From assembly GCA_025363655.1 (NCBI GenBank), contig JANYDK010000147.1:72046-136045 (forward strand): a DNA stretch of 64,000 bases, in the 5' to 3' direction. Every line of letters starts with the position of its first letter. Position 1 is the first letter of the stretch. This DNA is from Deltaproteobacteria bacterium (lineage in GTDB: Bacteria > Myxococcota_A > Polyangia > Polyangiales > JADJMO01). The position numbers were made by a program, and so were the translations under genes. A model generated the notes under the pieces. The model was not told where the DNA came from. It made no database searches and saw only the letters and a list, made by a program, of their open reading frames with translations. Shown one piece after another: positions 1 through 9,074 of this stretch.

Positions 1-255
1 GCGCTGGCACGCTTTCCCGACGCGGTCGCCGACGCCTGCGAGGCCTTCGAACCTTCGCTCCTCACGCGCTGCGTGCTCGAGGTCGCACAGTGCACGAGCA
101 GCTGGCTCAGCAGCGGAAACCAAGATCGCAGCAAGCGTGTCCTCGTCGACGACCTCGCCCTCCGCGGCGCGCGGCTCCACCTCGTCTCTGCCGTCCATTC
201 CACGCTCGCCGCTGGCCTCGCGCTCCTCGGCGTCCGCGCGCCGGACGCGATGTAG
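1..255 (+). CDS. argS: Arginyl-tRNA synthetase, C-terminal anticodon-binding (DALR) domain; 5' end outside the window
   Basis: Frame 1 reads LARFPDAVADACEAFEPSLLTR...GNQDRSKRVL...ARLHLV...LAAGLALLGVRAPDAM*, matching the ArgRS C-terminal pattern FP..V..A....EP / ARL.L / GL.LLG..AP..M. Confidence 0.9.
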   Translation, partial: ALARFPDAVADACEAFEPSLLTRCVLEVAQCTSSWLSSGNQDRSKRVLVDDLALRGARLHLVSAVHSTLAAGLALLGVRAPDAM

Positions 256-256
256 C

Positions 257-318
257 TCGGCAACCGAGCGGAGCGAGATTGACCGAGCGGCCAAAGTTGC
301 GAAGCAATCTTTGGCGAA
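257..318. repeat. Interspersed 62-bp hairpin repeat, copy 1
   Basis: tcggcaaccgagcggagcgagattgaccgagcggccaaagttgcgaagcaatctttggcgaa recurs at 58389-58451 with a single 1-nt insertion. It contains the stem gccaaag-ttgc-gaa-gcaa-t-ctttggc. Confidence 0.9.
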
Positions 319-382
319 ACCTGACCTTAATTCGTGTCCAAGGCTTGCCGCGCCACCTCCGGTGGGTGAATTCCCCCCGGCA

Positions 383-1930
383 ATGAGCGAAGAGACCCCT
401 GCCGAGGTTGGCTCGGCGACGGAGGCCGAAAAGCCCGAAGGTCGCTCCGACGAGACGCGCAAAGACGTCGGCACCGCGTTCCGTTCGGGTCTCAAGCTCG
501 GCGCCTCGCTCCTCGCTTCGTGGGGCGTCGCGCTCTTCCTTCGCTTCCTCTTGCCGCGCTTCCTCGGCCCCGAGCGCTTCGGCATCTTCAACTTCTCCGA
601 CACCTTCGCGGCGACCTACTTCGTTCTCCTCGGCCTCGGCGTCGAGACGTACATCCAGAAGGAAATCCCCGTCCGCCCGCAGCACGCGTCGGACTTCTAC
701 GGCGGCGTCATGGCGCTGCGCGTGGTCCTCAGCGTCATCCTCCTCGGCGCGCTCGCCCTCACGCTCCACCTCACCCATCGCTCGATGGAGGTGCAGAAGC
801 TGGTGATGCTCTTCGCCTGCGGGCAGCTCCTGGTCAACGTCAACGCCACGCTCGCGGCCCTCCTCCAAGCGCGCTCCAGCGTCGGCGGTCTCGCGATCAT
901 CAACGTCATCGGCAAGGTCATCTGGGGCGCCGGTGTGCTCCTCGGGCTCGTCTTCAGGGCGCCGCTCGAGCTCCTCGCCGGCGCGCTCGTCACCTCCGAG
1001 GCGCTCAAGGCGGTCATCCTCTACCGCGTCGTCAAACGCGAGTTCGAGCTCGTCGTTCGCTTCGACTACCGGGCGCTCAAGGCGGTGCTCGTCGCCAGCA
1101 TCCCCTTCTACCTCAACGGCATCGTCGTCACGCTCTGCAGCAAGCTCGACATCACGATGCTCGAGTTCCTCACCGGCGACAACGAACAGGTCGGCTGGTA
1201 CAGCGCCTCGGCCAACGTCGCCAGCTTGGCGATGCTCCTCTCGCCGCTCCTCATCTGGGTGGTGATGCCGCTGATGTCCCGCGCCGCCGCCCGCTCCCAC
1301 GACGAGCTGTGGTGGATCGTCCGCCGCGCCATCGAAGGCATCTACGTCGTCACGCTCCCCATCATTCTCATGTGCGTCCTCGGCGCCGACGTCTGGATTC
1401 GCATCCTCTTCGGCAAGGCCTTCGAGCCCGCCGCCATGAGCCTCCGCGCGCAGGCGCCCCTCTTCATGTTCACGTACCTGGCGATGCTCCTCTCGATGAC
1501 CTTGATCGTCCTCGAGCGCCCCTGGAAGCTCACCGTCGTCAGCACCGTCGGCGTCATCGTCAACCCGATCCTCACGGCCATCTTCGTCCCCATGATGGGC
1601 AAGCTCCTCGGGCGAGGCGGCGGCGGCGTCGGCGCGGCGATGGGCGTCGTCGGCATGGAGCTGGTGGTCACCACCCTCCTCCTCCACGACCTCGGCACGA
1701 AGGCCATCGACAAGCGCATCCTCGGCATCGTCGGCAAGTCGATCATCGCCGCCGCGGTCGTCACCGGCGCCCACCTCTTGCTCCACGGAATCGGGCCCCT
1801 TCGCCTCGTCGTCGACGGCGTGCTCTGGATCCTCCTCTCGTTCGCGATGGGGATCCTCAAGCCGGGCGAGGTCTTGAAGGTGATCAGGGCCGCGCGCGGG
1901 CGCGGCAAGGATCAGCCGACCGAGGCGTGA
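383..1930 (+). CDS. wzx: Wzx-type polysaccharide flippase (MOP superfamily)
   Basis: Many hydrophobic helices; motifs RFLGPERFGIF, KLDITML..L...EQVGWYSASA and ILFGKAFEPAA. ATG at 383 chosen. Confidence 0.9.
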   Translation: MSEETPAEVGSATEAEKPEGRSDETRKDVGTAFRSGLKLGASLLASWGVALFLRFLLPRFLGPERFGIFNFSDTFAATYFVLLGLGVETYIQKEIPVRPQHASDFYGGVMALRVVLSVILLGALALTLHLTHRSMEVQKLVMLFACGQLLVNVNATLAALLQARSSVGGLAIINVIGKVIWGAGVLLGLVFRAPLELLAGALVTSEALKAVILYRVVKREFELVVRFDYRALKAVLVASIPFYLNGIVVTLCSKLDITMLEFLTGDNEQVGWYSASANVASLAMLLSPLLIWVVMPLMSRAAARSHDELWWIVRRAIEGIYVVTLPIILMCVLGADVWIRILFGKAFEPAAMSLRAQAPLFMFTYLAMLLSMTLIVLERPWKLTVVSTVGVIVNPILTAIFVPMMGKLLGRGGGGVGAAMGVVGMELVVTTLLLHDLGTKAIDKRILGIVGKSIIAAAVVTGAHLLLHGIGPLRLVVDGVLWILLSFAMGILKPGEVLKVIRAARGRGKDQPTEA

Positions 1931-2025
1931 GCGACGGAGCCGAGGGCGCCGAGAAATCGGCGTCATGTTGCGTTGCAACAAATCAACCTTGACCGGGTCG
2001 ACCGTGGTTGCTAGCAATCACGGCG

Positions 2026-2931
2026 ATGTCAGCCTCTGCCTCGCGTGGTGCACCGCAGCAATCGGTGGCCCCGATTGCCCCTCCGCCCTCCCCCTTCGAG
2101 CGCCTCGAGCTCGATCTTTCCTCGGGCTACGTCCGTGGCCATCGCTACGGTGAGGGGCGTGGTGAGGGCAAGCGCCGGCTCGTGCTCTGCGTCCACGGGC
2201 TTTCGGCCAACTCCTGCAGCTACGACTTCCTCGGCGCCGAGCTGGCGAAAGACGGGCGCGAGGTCGTCGCCATCGACCTCCGCGGGCGCGGTTGGAGCGA
2301 GATTTCTCGGCCTGGCAAGTACGGCTGGCAGGCGCACGCGCGTGATCTCCTCGAGGTGGCGACGAAGCTCGGGCATGATCACTTCGACCTCGTGGGGCAC
2401 TCGATGGGCGCCTTCATCGGGATGGAGCTGGCACGGCAGGCGGGGCAGCGGCTCGGCAAGTTGGTGCTCGTCGACGCCGTCGGCATCCCCGAGCCGGCCT
2501 CGCTGGTGCCCATCGTTGCTGCAGTGCAGCGACTGCAGACCCACCACGAGAGCGCCGACACCTACGTCGCCGCCGTGCGTCGGCTCGGCATCATCACGCC
2601 TTGGTCCGACGTCTGGGAACGCCACTATCGCTACGACTTGGTGCCCGCGGGGGCCTTCGTCCGGCCGCGCACGAATCACGCCGCGGTCGTCGAGGACGCC
2701 ACTTATGGTGCATCGCAAAATCCGCGGCACCTCTGGACCTTCGTCCGTTCGCCGAGCCTCTTGGTGCGCGCGAGCCGGCCGCTCGGCTTCGGCCACGTCG
2801 TCAGCCACGTCGATCAACTCGACTACGTCCGCCAGGTGATCGGCGCCGAGACCCTCGACGTCGACGCCAACCACTACGGCGTCCTCACCCACGCAGACAC
2901 GGCGCGCGCCGTGCGGAGATTCCTCGCATGA
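2026..2931 (+). CDS. Alpha/beta-fold hydrolase (esterase-like)
   Basis: CVHGLS oxyanion motif, DLRGRGWS, nucleophile elbow GHSMG, C-terminal His (ANHY). Confidence 0.85.
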   Translation: MSASASRGAPQQSVAPIAPPPSPFERLELDLSSGYVRGHRYGEGRGEGKRRLVLCVHGLSANSCSYDFLGAELAKDGREVVAIDLRGRGWSEISRPGKYGWQAHARDLLEVATKLGHDHFDLVGHSMGAFIGMELARQAGQRLGKLVLVDAVGIPEPASLVPIVAAVQRLQTHHESADTYVAAVRRLGIITPWSDVWERHYRYDLVPAGAFVRPRTNHAAVVEDATYGASQNPRHLWTFVRSPSLLVRASRPLGFGHVVSHVDQLDYVRQVIGAETLDVDANHYGVLTHADTARAVRRFLA

Positions 2932-3728
2932 TGCAGCTCGCTTCCCAAGGCTCGCGTTCCCACGCTCCTTCGTTGCAGCACCGCACCGCCCTCGTCACCG
3001 GGGCGGCCTCGGGCATCGGCCTCGCGATCGCACGCGAGCTGGCCAGCGAAGGCGCGCGCGTGATCATGAGTGACGTCGCCGAAGGACCGCTCCAAGCCGC
3101 CACCGCCCTCGTGCCCGGCGCGCGTGCCATCGTCGCCAACCTCGCCCTCCGCGAGGACGTGAAGCGCCTCGCCAAAGAGGCCGGCGACGTCGATCTCCTC
3201 GTCAACAACGCCGGTCTCCAGAGCGTCAGCCCGATCGAAGACTTCGACGAATCGAAGTGGGATCTCCTCGTCTCGGTGATGCTCACTGCCCCCTTCCTCC
3301 TCATCCGCGCGGTCATCCCGCGCATGTACGAGCGCAACTACGGCCGAGTCCTCAACATCGGCTCGGTGCACAGCCTCATCGCTTCGCCCTTCAAGTCAGC
3401 CTACGTCGCCGCCAAGCACGGCCTCGTCGGCCTCACCAAGACGGTCGCGCTCGAGGCCGCGCAACGCTCCGGCAACGTCACCATCAACGCCATCTGCCCT
3501 TCGTACGTACGCACGCCGCTCGTCGAGAAGCAGATCGCCGATCAGGCGCGCGTGCAGAACGTCCCCGAAGACGAGGTCCTGAGCCGCATCCTCCTCGCGC
3601 AGAATGCCGTGAAGCGGCTGATCGAACCGGAGGAGGTCGGAAAGTATGCGGCGTTTTTGTGCAGGGAAGAGGCGTGGTCGATCACCGGGGCGGCGATCAC
3701 GATGGACGCAGGGTGGCTCGCGCATTGA
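2928..3728 (+). CDS. bdhA: 3-hydroxybutyrate dehydrogenase (SDR family)
   Basis: TGAASGIG, NNAGLQ, SVHSLIASPFKSAYVAAKHG, ICPSYVRTPLVEKQI. ATGA overlap with the upstream hydrolase. Confidence 0.85.
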   Translation: MMQLASQGSRSHAPSLQHRTALVTGAASGIGLAIARELASEGARVIMSDVAEGPLQAATALVPGARAIVANLALREDVKRLAKEAGDVDLLVNNAGLQSVSPIEDFDESKWDLLVSVMLTAPFLLIRAVIPRMYERNYGRVLNIGSVHSLIASPFKSAYVAAKHGLVGLTKTVALEAAQRSGNVTINAICPSYVRTPLVEKQIADQARVQNVPEDEVLSRILLAQNAVKRLIEPEEVGKYAAFLCREEAWSITGAAITMDAGWLAH

Positions 3729-3827
3729 GTGACGGCCTGATCGAGATGCGAAGCCCGCACGGCGTCCGCGCGTCGTTGCGGCGTCTTCGCGTGGGGCGCT
3801 GGACCGCTGTGTCGACTGTGGGCGAAG

Positions 3828-3969
3828 ACCGCGGGCTGAAGCCCTCGGCAGGGGAGAGCTCAAGCCCGGCATTCGCCGGGCTTCCTACAGTTCCTTCGAA
3901 GATGTCCATGCTGCGAAGCCGGGCAAGCCGGGCTTGAACCGCTCGATGCCGTGGGCTTCAGCCCGCGGT
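3828..3969. repeat. REP doublet / REPIN-like long imperfect inverted repeat between convergent genes
   Basis: The left arm accgcgggctgaagccctcggca (3828-3850) matches the reverse complement of the right arm (3947-3969) at 22/23 nt. The inner caagcccggc..gccgggctt palindromes are mirrored too. Confidence 0.8.
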
Positions 3970-3995
3970 GCTTGGCCGGCCTACCTCATCAGCCC

Positions 3996-4904
3996 CTACC
4001 GCTTCGACGCCACGCAAGCCCCACCATCCCGCGGCGCCCCCATCGCGATCGCCGGCGGCGGCGCCTCTCCCCCCACCGAATAGTGCCCCGCGATCACGCA
4101 CATCTCATCCCCCGCAGAAGCCCCATACCGAACCGCGACGTTCCCCGCGTTTGTATACGTACAAACGAATCGAATCGACGTCCCCGCCTCCAGCGCCAGC
4201 GGAGGATCGAGCGTGACGATGGGGGCCTCGGCCCATTGGGTGGTGGTGTAGATGCGCTCACCGTCGTGAGCCCCGCCGACGACGAAGGCGTCGACGCCCC
4301 GTCCGAGCGCGTGGGTGTGGGCGAGCAAGGAATGGAGCAGGAGCGCGCGATCGAGGGGGCACGAGGTCGTCACGCGGGTCGTCGAGCGGGGCGCGATCTC
4401 GATCGCCTCGTTCTCGAGCGCCAGCATCCCGAGCGCGATCGCGCGCGCGCCCTTGGGCAAGACGTGGAGGCGGAAGGTGACCGCACCGTCGATCGGCGCG
4501 CGGGTCGCGTTGACGTAGTGGTACGCGAAGGCGAGCGGCTGATGCGCGGCCAGTGGAAGCGCGTATCCCACGGGAAAACTGACGTTTCCGACGTTCTCTT
4601 GCACGGGTAGCCCGAGGATCGGCGCGTAGCCGATGCCTCCTTCGGGTGGTGCATCGAGACGACCGTGATGCATGCCCTTCGGCGCCGACCACTCGACGGA
4701 GGTGACGAAGACGGGCTCGTCGCTCGGCAATTGCGTCGCGAGATCGCCCTGCCGCTCGGTGCCCGACTCGATGGCCTGGAGCGTGAACGCGACGTCGAGC
4801 GTCGAGCCGTCCTTCGAATCACCTGCGCTCCCGGCGCTGCACGCCGACAGACTGGCCGTGAGCGTGATCACGTAGGCGAGCGAGCGCGACTTCTTCGAGC
4901 TCAC
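3996..4904 (-). CDS. Lipoprotein with a copper type II (PHM/DBH-like) monooxygenase fold
   Basis: Lipobox-like LSAC; Cu-ligand motifs GMHHG, YHYVN, AHTHALG and DEMC. The GTG start overlaps the upstream stop (GTGA). Confidence 0.7.
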   Translation of the reverse strand: MSSKKSRSLAYVITLTASLSACSAGSAGDSKDGSTLDVAFTLQAIESGTERQGDLATQLPSDEPVFVTSVEWSAPKGMHHGRLDAPPEGGIGYAPILGLPVQENVGNVSFPVGYALPLAAHQPLAFAYHYVNATRAPIDGAVTFRLHVLPKGARAIALGMLALENEAIEIAPRSTTRVTTSCPLDRALLLHSLLAHTHALGRGVDAFVVGGAHDGERIYTTTQWAEAPIVTLDPPLALEAGTSIRFVCTYTNAGNVAVRYGASAGDEMCVIAGHYSVGGEAPPPAIAMGAPRDGGACVASKR

Positions 4905-5122
4905 GTCGGAGGCGCGCCTTCCGCCGCTTGTCCGTCGTCGGGCGGCCTCGGTGGCGTGAGACGCCAGAAGAAGCGGCGAATGCACCACGCCCAGAGGACG
5001 ACGAACGCGAAGGCGAAGATCACCGTTCGACGCATGCCGCGACGCGGATTTTTGTCGCGCGAGAGGATGATCGGAATGATCACCGTCGCGAACAAAATCG
5101 ACATCAGCAGAAGCTTCTGCAT
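4901..5122 (-). CDS. Small two-helix membrane protein coupled to wzy
   Basis: MQKLLLMSILFATVIIPIILSRDKNPRRGMRRTVIFAFAFVVLW...; starts 1 nt after the wzy stop. Confidence 0.7.
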   Translation of the reverse strand: MQKLLLMSILFATVIIPIILSRDKNPRRGMRRTVIFAFAFVVLWAWCIRRFFWRLTPPRPPDDGQAAEGAPPT

Positions 5123-5123
5123 C

Positions 5124-6578
5124 TCAGGTGACCACGTCGGGGGTCGCGTCCGCGGCCGATACCGAAGACGCCGAAGATGCCGAAGATGCCGAAGATGCCG
5201 AAGGTGCCGAAGGTGCCGAAGGTGAATCCGAAGCAGACTCCGCCACCAGCTCGGCGACTGGCGCGGGGGCCTCGACTTTCGGCGCGTTCGACTTGTCGGG
5301 CCACGCCGCCGTCGAGACCGAGAGTCGCCCCGAGACGGCGAACCCACCGGCCATCATGAAGAGCGTGGTCTGCGATTGCCAACCCATGTCGCCGTACATC
5401 TGGTTGGTGACGATGACGATCGAGGCCAGGCCGGCGATCGAAGCGGTGCGCTCGCCGGGATCTTTGGCGATGCGATAGGTGCGCGCGTGGAGGTACGCGG
5501 ACACCGAAAATACCGCCCAAAGCCCGGCGAATCCGAGCGCGCCGCTGAAGGCGAGGATGCCGAGCACGCTGTTGTGGGGCACGTACTGCCACTGCTTGAA
5601 GAAGGCATCGATGCGGTAGGTGGAGTCGATCTCGGTGTACGGATGTCCCCAGCCGGTGCCGACGAGCCAGCCGGCGTTGGTCATGGTCACGATCAAGCCG
5701 GCGTTCTCGACGTTGCGCGAGCGGGTCGAGCTGTCTTCCTTGTCGGCGACCGTCGAGAGCGACTTCAGCGGCTTGAAGATGCGCTCCGGCCGACCCCAAC
5801 CGATGGCGACGTAGAGCGCGATGATCGGCAGCATGCCGACGATGCCCCAGTTGATGCGACGCGCGAGCTTGCCCTTCGGCAGCATGAAATAGACGACCAA
5901 AAGCGCGCCGAAGAGGCTCACCCAGGCGAGGCGTCGATTGTTCAACTGGATGACGAGGAGCAGCACCGCGCAGCCGAAGGTCATCATCCAGAACGACTTC
6001 TTCTTGCCGCGATGCTCGAGCGCGTTCACCACCAGCCAGACGAACGAGAAGACGAAGAGCACGGTGTCGTCGTGGGTGGTGACGTAGGGCGGCGGCCCGT
6101 TGATCATCGGCATGTTGCGGACGATGACCACGTAGAAGAGGATTCCCATGAACGCGCGGAACATCCCGGCGGCGACGACCACGTGGAAGAGCTTGATCAC
6201 GTGCGCGGGCGTGCGCATCGTCGTGATCAGCAAGTAGGCGAGCATCGATCCGTTGATCCACGGGAAGAGCTGCCAGGTGATTTGCTTGGCGTCGCCGCCC
6301 GAGGCGATGCCGTAGACGGTCCAGAGGAGGAGGACGCCGACGCTGGCGATGATCGCCTTGTCGAGCGGTTTGGCGCGGCGGTTGCGCGCTGCGGCCGAGC
6401 CGAGCTGCGCGAAGAGCAGCCCGATCATGCAGAAGAAGAAGAGCGGAAACTTCGCCGGCGACGGCTGGAAGAGCACCAAATCGAGGTACTTCAGCGGCGT
6501 CTCCCACTCATGCGAGTACATGAGCGGGCTCTCGGCGATGAAGCCGAGGAAGAACAGCAAGTAGACCGCGTTCCGCAC
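5124..6578 (-). CDS. wzy: Wzy-type polysaccharide polymerase / O-antigen-ligase family protein
   Basis: Multi-TM protein with NNRRLAW, SSTRSR, GTGWG and PHNSVLGILAFSG (Wzy_C-like); eps context. Confidence 0.8.
   Translation of the reverse strand: MRNAVYLLFFLGFIAESPLMYSHEWETPLKYLDLVLFQPSPAKFPLFFFCMIGLLFAQLGSAAARNRRAKPLDKAIIASVGVLLLWTVYGIASGGDAKQITWQLFPWINGSMLAYLLITTMRTPAHVIKLFHVVVAAGMFRAFMGILFYVVIVRNMPMINGPPPYVTTHDDTVLFVFSFVWLVVNALEHRGKKKSFWMMTFGCAVLLLVIQLNNRRLAWVSLFGALLVVYFMLPKGKLARRINWGIVGMLPIIALYVAIGWGRPERIFKPLKSLSTVADKEDSSTRSRNVENAGLIVTMTNAGWLVGTGWGHPYTEIDSTYRIDAFFKQWQYVPHNSVLGILAFSGALGFAGLWAVFSVSAYLHARTYRIAKDPGERTASIAGLASIVIVTNQMYGDMGWQSQTTLFMMAGGFAVSGRLSVSTAAWPDKSNAPKVEAPAPVAELVAESASDSPSAPSAPSASSASSASSASSVSAADATPDVVT
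5161..5232. repeat. 9-nt tandem repeat (gccgaagat/gccgaaggt) encoding a Ser/Ala/Pro tail of Wzy
   Basis: About 7 consecutive units, read directly from the sequence. Confidence 0.85.
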
Positions 6579-6665
6579 GTGAAAAGACTAGTCTTCGGTG
6601 CTCCCCCCAGCAAATCGAAGGTGGGTCTTTTCGCGTATGGTCCGGCCGTCTAGGGTGGAGCAGAC

Positions 6666-7685
6666 ATGAGCAGCGCCGATCTCCCGGACGTCAGCGTCGT
6701 CATCGCGCACTACAATCGACAAGATTCGATCGTCGCCCTGCTGACGGCCCTCGGCGAGCAGACGTTCGCGAAGAGTCGCTTCGAGGTCGTCGTCGTCGAC
6801 GACGGCTCCCGCGAAGATCCGACCGCGCGCCTCACCGCCCTCGCGCTCCCCTACACGCTCCAGGTCACGCGCCAGAAGAACGGCGGTGCCGCCGCTGCAC
6901 GCGACAACGGCATCAAGCTCGCGCGCGGACGCGTCCTCATCATCATCGACGACGACATGAAGCTGCCCCTCGACTTCATCGAGCGTCACTTCGGCTACCA
7001 CGAGGGGGGCGCCAAGGTCGTCGTCCTCGGGCGCATGCGACCCGACGCGGCGTTGGCGACGATGCCTATTTTCGAGCGTTTTCACGCGCTCATGCTCGAC
7101 AAGATGGCCGAGTCGTTCGGTCGCGGCGAGACCCCGCGCGGCAACGATCTCTTCACCGGCAACGTCTCGCTCCGTCGCGAAGACTACCTCGCGGTCGGCG
7201 GCTTCGATCGCGCGCTCGGTCACTCCGAAGACGCCGAGCTCGGCGTGCGTCTCGAGAAGCTCGGCGTCCGTTTCCTCTTCAGCGAAACGGCCTACAGCAT
7301 CCACGCCAGCGATCACGTGGTCCTCGAGAAGTGGATGAAGCGCGCGGTCCTCTACGGGATGTACGACCGTCGCATCGCTCGCAAGCACCCCGACTATCCG
7401 CGCGCCGACCCGTGGCGCTTCTTCGGCCTCGTGAACCCTATTTCCAGGCCTTTTCTCGCTTTCGCGGTGGTCGCCCCGAAGGCCTCCGAGCCGCTCGCCC
7501 GCGTCTTCATCCGCCTCGCGATGGTCATCGACGGTGCCGGCCTCTCGCGGCCCGGCGTCGCCGCGACCACGCTCGTCTTCGGCATGGAGTACTTCCGTGG
7601 CCTCCGCAACGAGTGCGGCTCCCTCGGCGCGGCCTTCGCCGACTACCGCGCCTATCGCGAAAAACTCCGTCATCACTCGCCCTGA
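6666..7685 (+). CDS. Glycosyltransferase family 2 (EpsD-like)
   Basis: VSVVIAHYN, VVVDDGS, GAAAARDNG, IDDD, GGFD and EDAELG. Confidence 0.9.
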   Translation: MSSADLPDVSVVIAHYNRQDSIVALLTALGEQTFAKSRFEVVVVDDGSREDPTARLTALALPYTLQVTRQKNGGAAAARDNGIKLARGRVLIIIDDDMKLPLDFIERHFGYHEGGAKVVVLGRMRPDAALATMPIFERFHALMLDKMAESFGRGETPRGNDLFTGNVSLRREDYLAVGGFDRALGHSEDAELGVRLEKLGVRFLFSETAYSIHASDHVVLEKWMKRAVLYGMYDRRIARKHPDYPRADPWRFFGLVNPISRPFLAFAVVAPKASEPLARVFIRLAMVIDGAGLSRPGVAATTLVFGMEYFRGLRNECGSLGAAFADYRAYREKLRHHSP

Positions 7686-7697
7686 GAGACCAGAACG

Positions 7698-8291
7698 ATG
7701 TCGAAGCTCGGAAGCGCCTTCTCCCGTTTCGTCGCCGCCGTCCGCGAGGACCACGCGATGATGCAGCACTACCACGATCGCTATCAGTCGACCGATCACG
7801 CCGGTTCCCTCACCAAGGACCTCGTGCAGCGCGTCGGCTTCCAGATGATGGCCGCCTATCGGACGATGCGCTTCTTCCATGAAGCCGGCGTCCCCGTCGC
7901 GCCGAAGCTCGCCTCGCGCGCGATTCGTCTCGTCTACGGCTCGGACATCCATTGGGAGGCCGAGTTCGCGCCGGGCGTCGTCATCGTCCACGGCATGGGC
8001 ATGGCCATCAGCCGCTCGGCCAAGGTCGGACGCGGCTCCATTCTCATGCAGAACGTCACCCTCGCCGAGAGCACGAACCCCGCGACGGGCGAGGTCGGTG
8101 GCCCCAACATCCGCGAAAACGTGCACGTCGGCCCCGGCTCGGCCCTCATCGGCCCCATCGAAATCGGTGCCGACAGCAAGATCCTCGCGAACAGCACCCT
8201 CGTGCAATCGGTCCCCGCGCGCTCACGCGTCGAGGGCGCAGCGCCGCGGGTGGTGCCGCGATCGAAGAAGATGGGCGACTCCTCGACGTGA
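7698..8291 (+). CDS. Serine-acetyltransferase-like hexapeptide O-acyltransferase (EpsC-like)
   Basis: DIHWEAEFAPGVVIVHGMG, QNVTL and P.I.ENVHVGPGSALIGPIEIG left-handed beta-helix. Confidence 0.85.
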   Translation: MSKLGSAFSRFVAAVREDHAMMQHYHDRYQSTDHAGSLTKDLVQRVGFQMMAAYRTMRFFHEAGVPVAPKLASRAIRLVYGSDIHWEAEFAPGVVIVHGMGMAISRSAKVGRGSILMQNVTLAESTNPATGEVGGPNIRENVHVGPGSALIGPIEIGADSKILANSTLVQSVPARSRVEGAAPRVVPRSKKMGDSST

Positions 8292-8309
8292 GTCGAGCGC
8301 ATCGTCGAG

Positions 8310-9074
8310 CTACTTCGAAATCATCTCGCGCGCGAGAATGACCACGAATTTAGGGTCGCGCACGAGATAGCGACGCCACAGACGACGGGGCTCGCGCGAG
8401 AGACGATAGGCCCACTCGAGGCCGACGCTCGACACCCACTTGGGCGCGCGAGGCACCGTGCCGGCGACGAAATCGATGCCCGCGCCGATGCCGAGGGCGA
8501 CGGCCGGGGCGATCTCTTCGCGCACCTGATCCATGAAGATCTCTTGCTTGGGACAGCCAAGACCGACGAAGAGGATGTCGGGACGCGCGGCGCGGATGCG
8601 GGCGACGATCTCGGCGTGGGCTTCTTTTCCCTTGTCGACGTCGACGCGCGGACCTTCGGCGCCGACGATGTCGATCTCGGGAAAACGAGCGCGGAGCGCG
8701 GCTTCTGCCTTCGCAGCGACGCCTTCGCCTCCTCCGAGCAGATAGACACGAAACCCCCGCCTGGCCGCCAGCGCCGAGAGAGGAAGCATCAAATCGGAGC
8801 CCGACACCTTCGCCGGCAGAGGCTTGCCGAGGAGGCGCGAGGCCCAGACCACGATGGTGCCATCGGCGAGCGAGAGATCGGTGCGCTCGTAGGCTGCCAA
8901 GAGCCGCGGCTCTTCTTCGACGAGGACCACGTGATCGACGTTCGGCGTCAGGACCATCCCACCCTTGCCCGCCTCGACGAGCTTCTCGACGCGGGCGAGC
9001 GCGCCCTCGAAGGTGACGGGATCGATCGTCAGACGGCCGAGCCTCATCCGCGGCGGGTGCAGGTGTTCGTTCAT
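8310..9074 (-). CDS. WecB/TagA/CpsF (GT26) glycosyltransferase (EpsA-like)
   Basis: TPNVDH, LADG, VSGSDL, VGLGCPKQE, RAPKW and GLEWAYRL..EPRRLWRRY. Confidence 0.93.
   Translation of the reverse strand: MNEHLHPPRMRLGRLTIDPVTFEGALARVEKLVEAGKGGMVLTPNVDHVVLVEEEPRLLAAYERTDLSLADGTIVVWASRLLGKPLPAKVSGSDLMLPLSALAARRGFRVYLLGGGEGVAAKAEAALRARFPEIDIVGAEGPRVDVDKGKEAHAEIVARIRAARPDILFVGLGCPKQEIFMDQVREEIAPAVALGIGAGIDFVAGTVPRAPKWVSSVGLEWAYRLSREPRRLWRRYLVRDPKFVVILAREMISK

Noticed and set aside
5161-5232. Tandem repeats here and at 46333-46400 and 14460-14495 as CRISPR arrays or phase-variation tracts
   Set aside because: Unit lengths are multiples of 3, the repeats lie in low-complexity linkers, and there are no spacers or cas genes.
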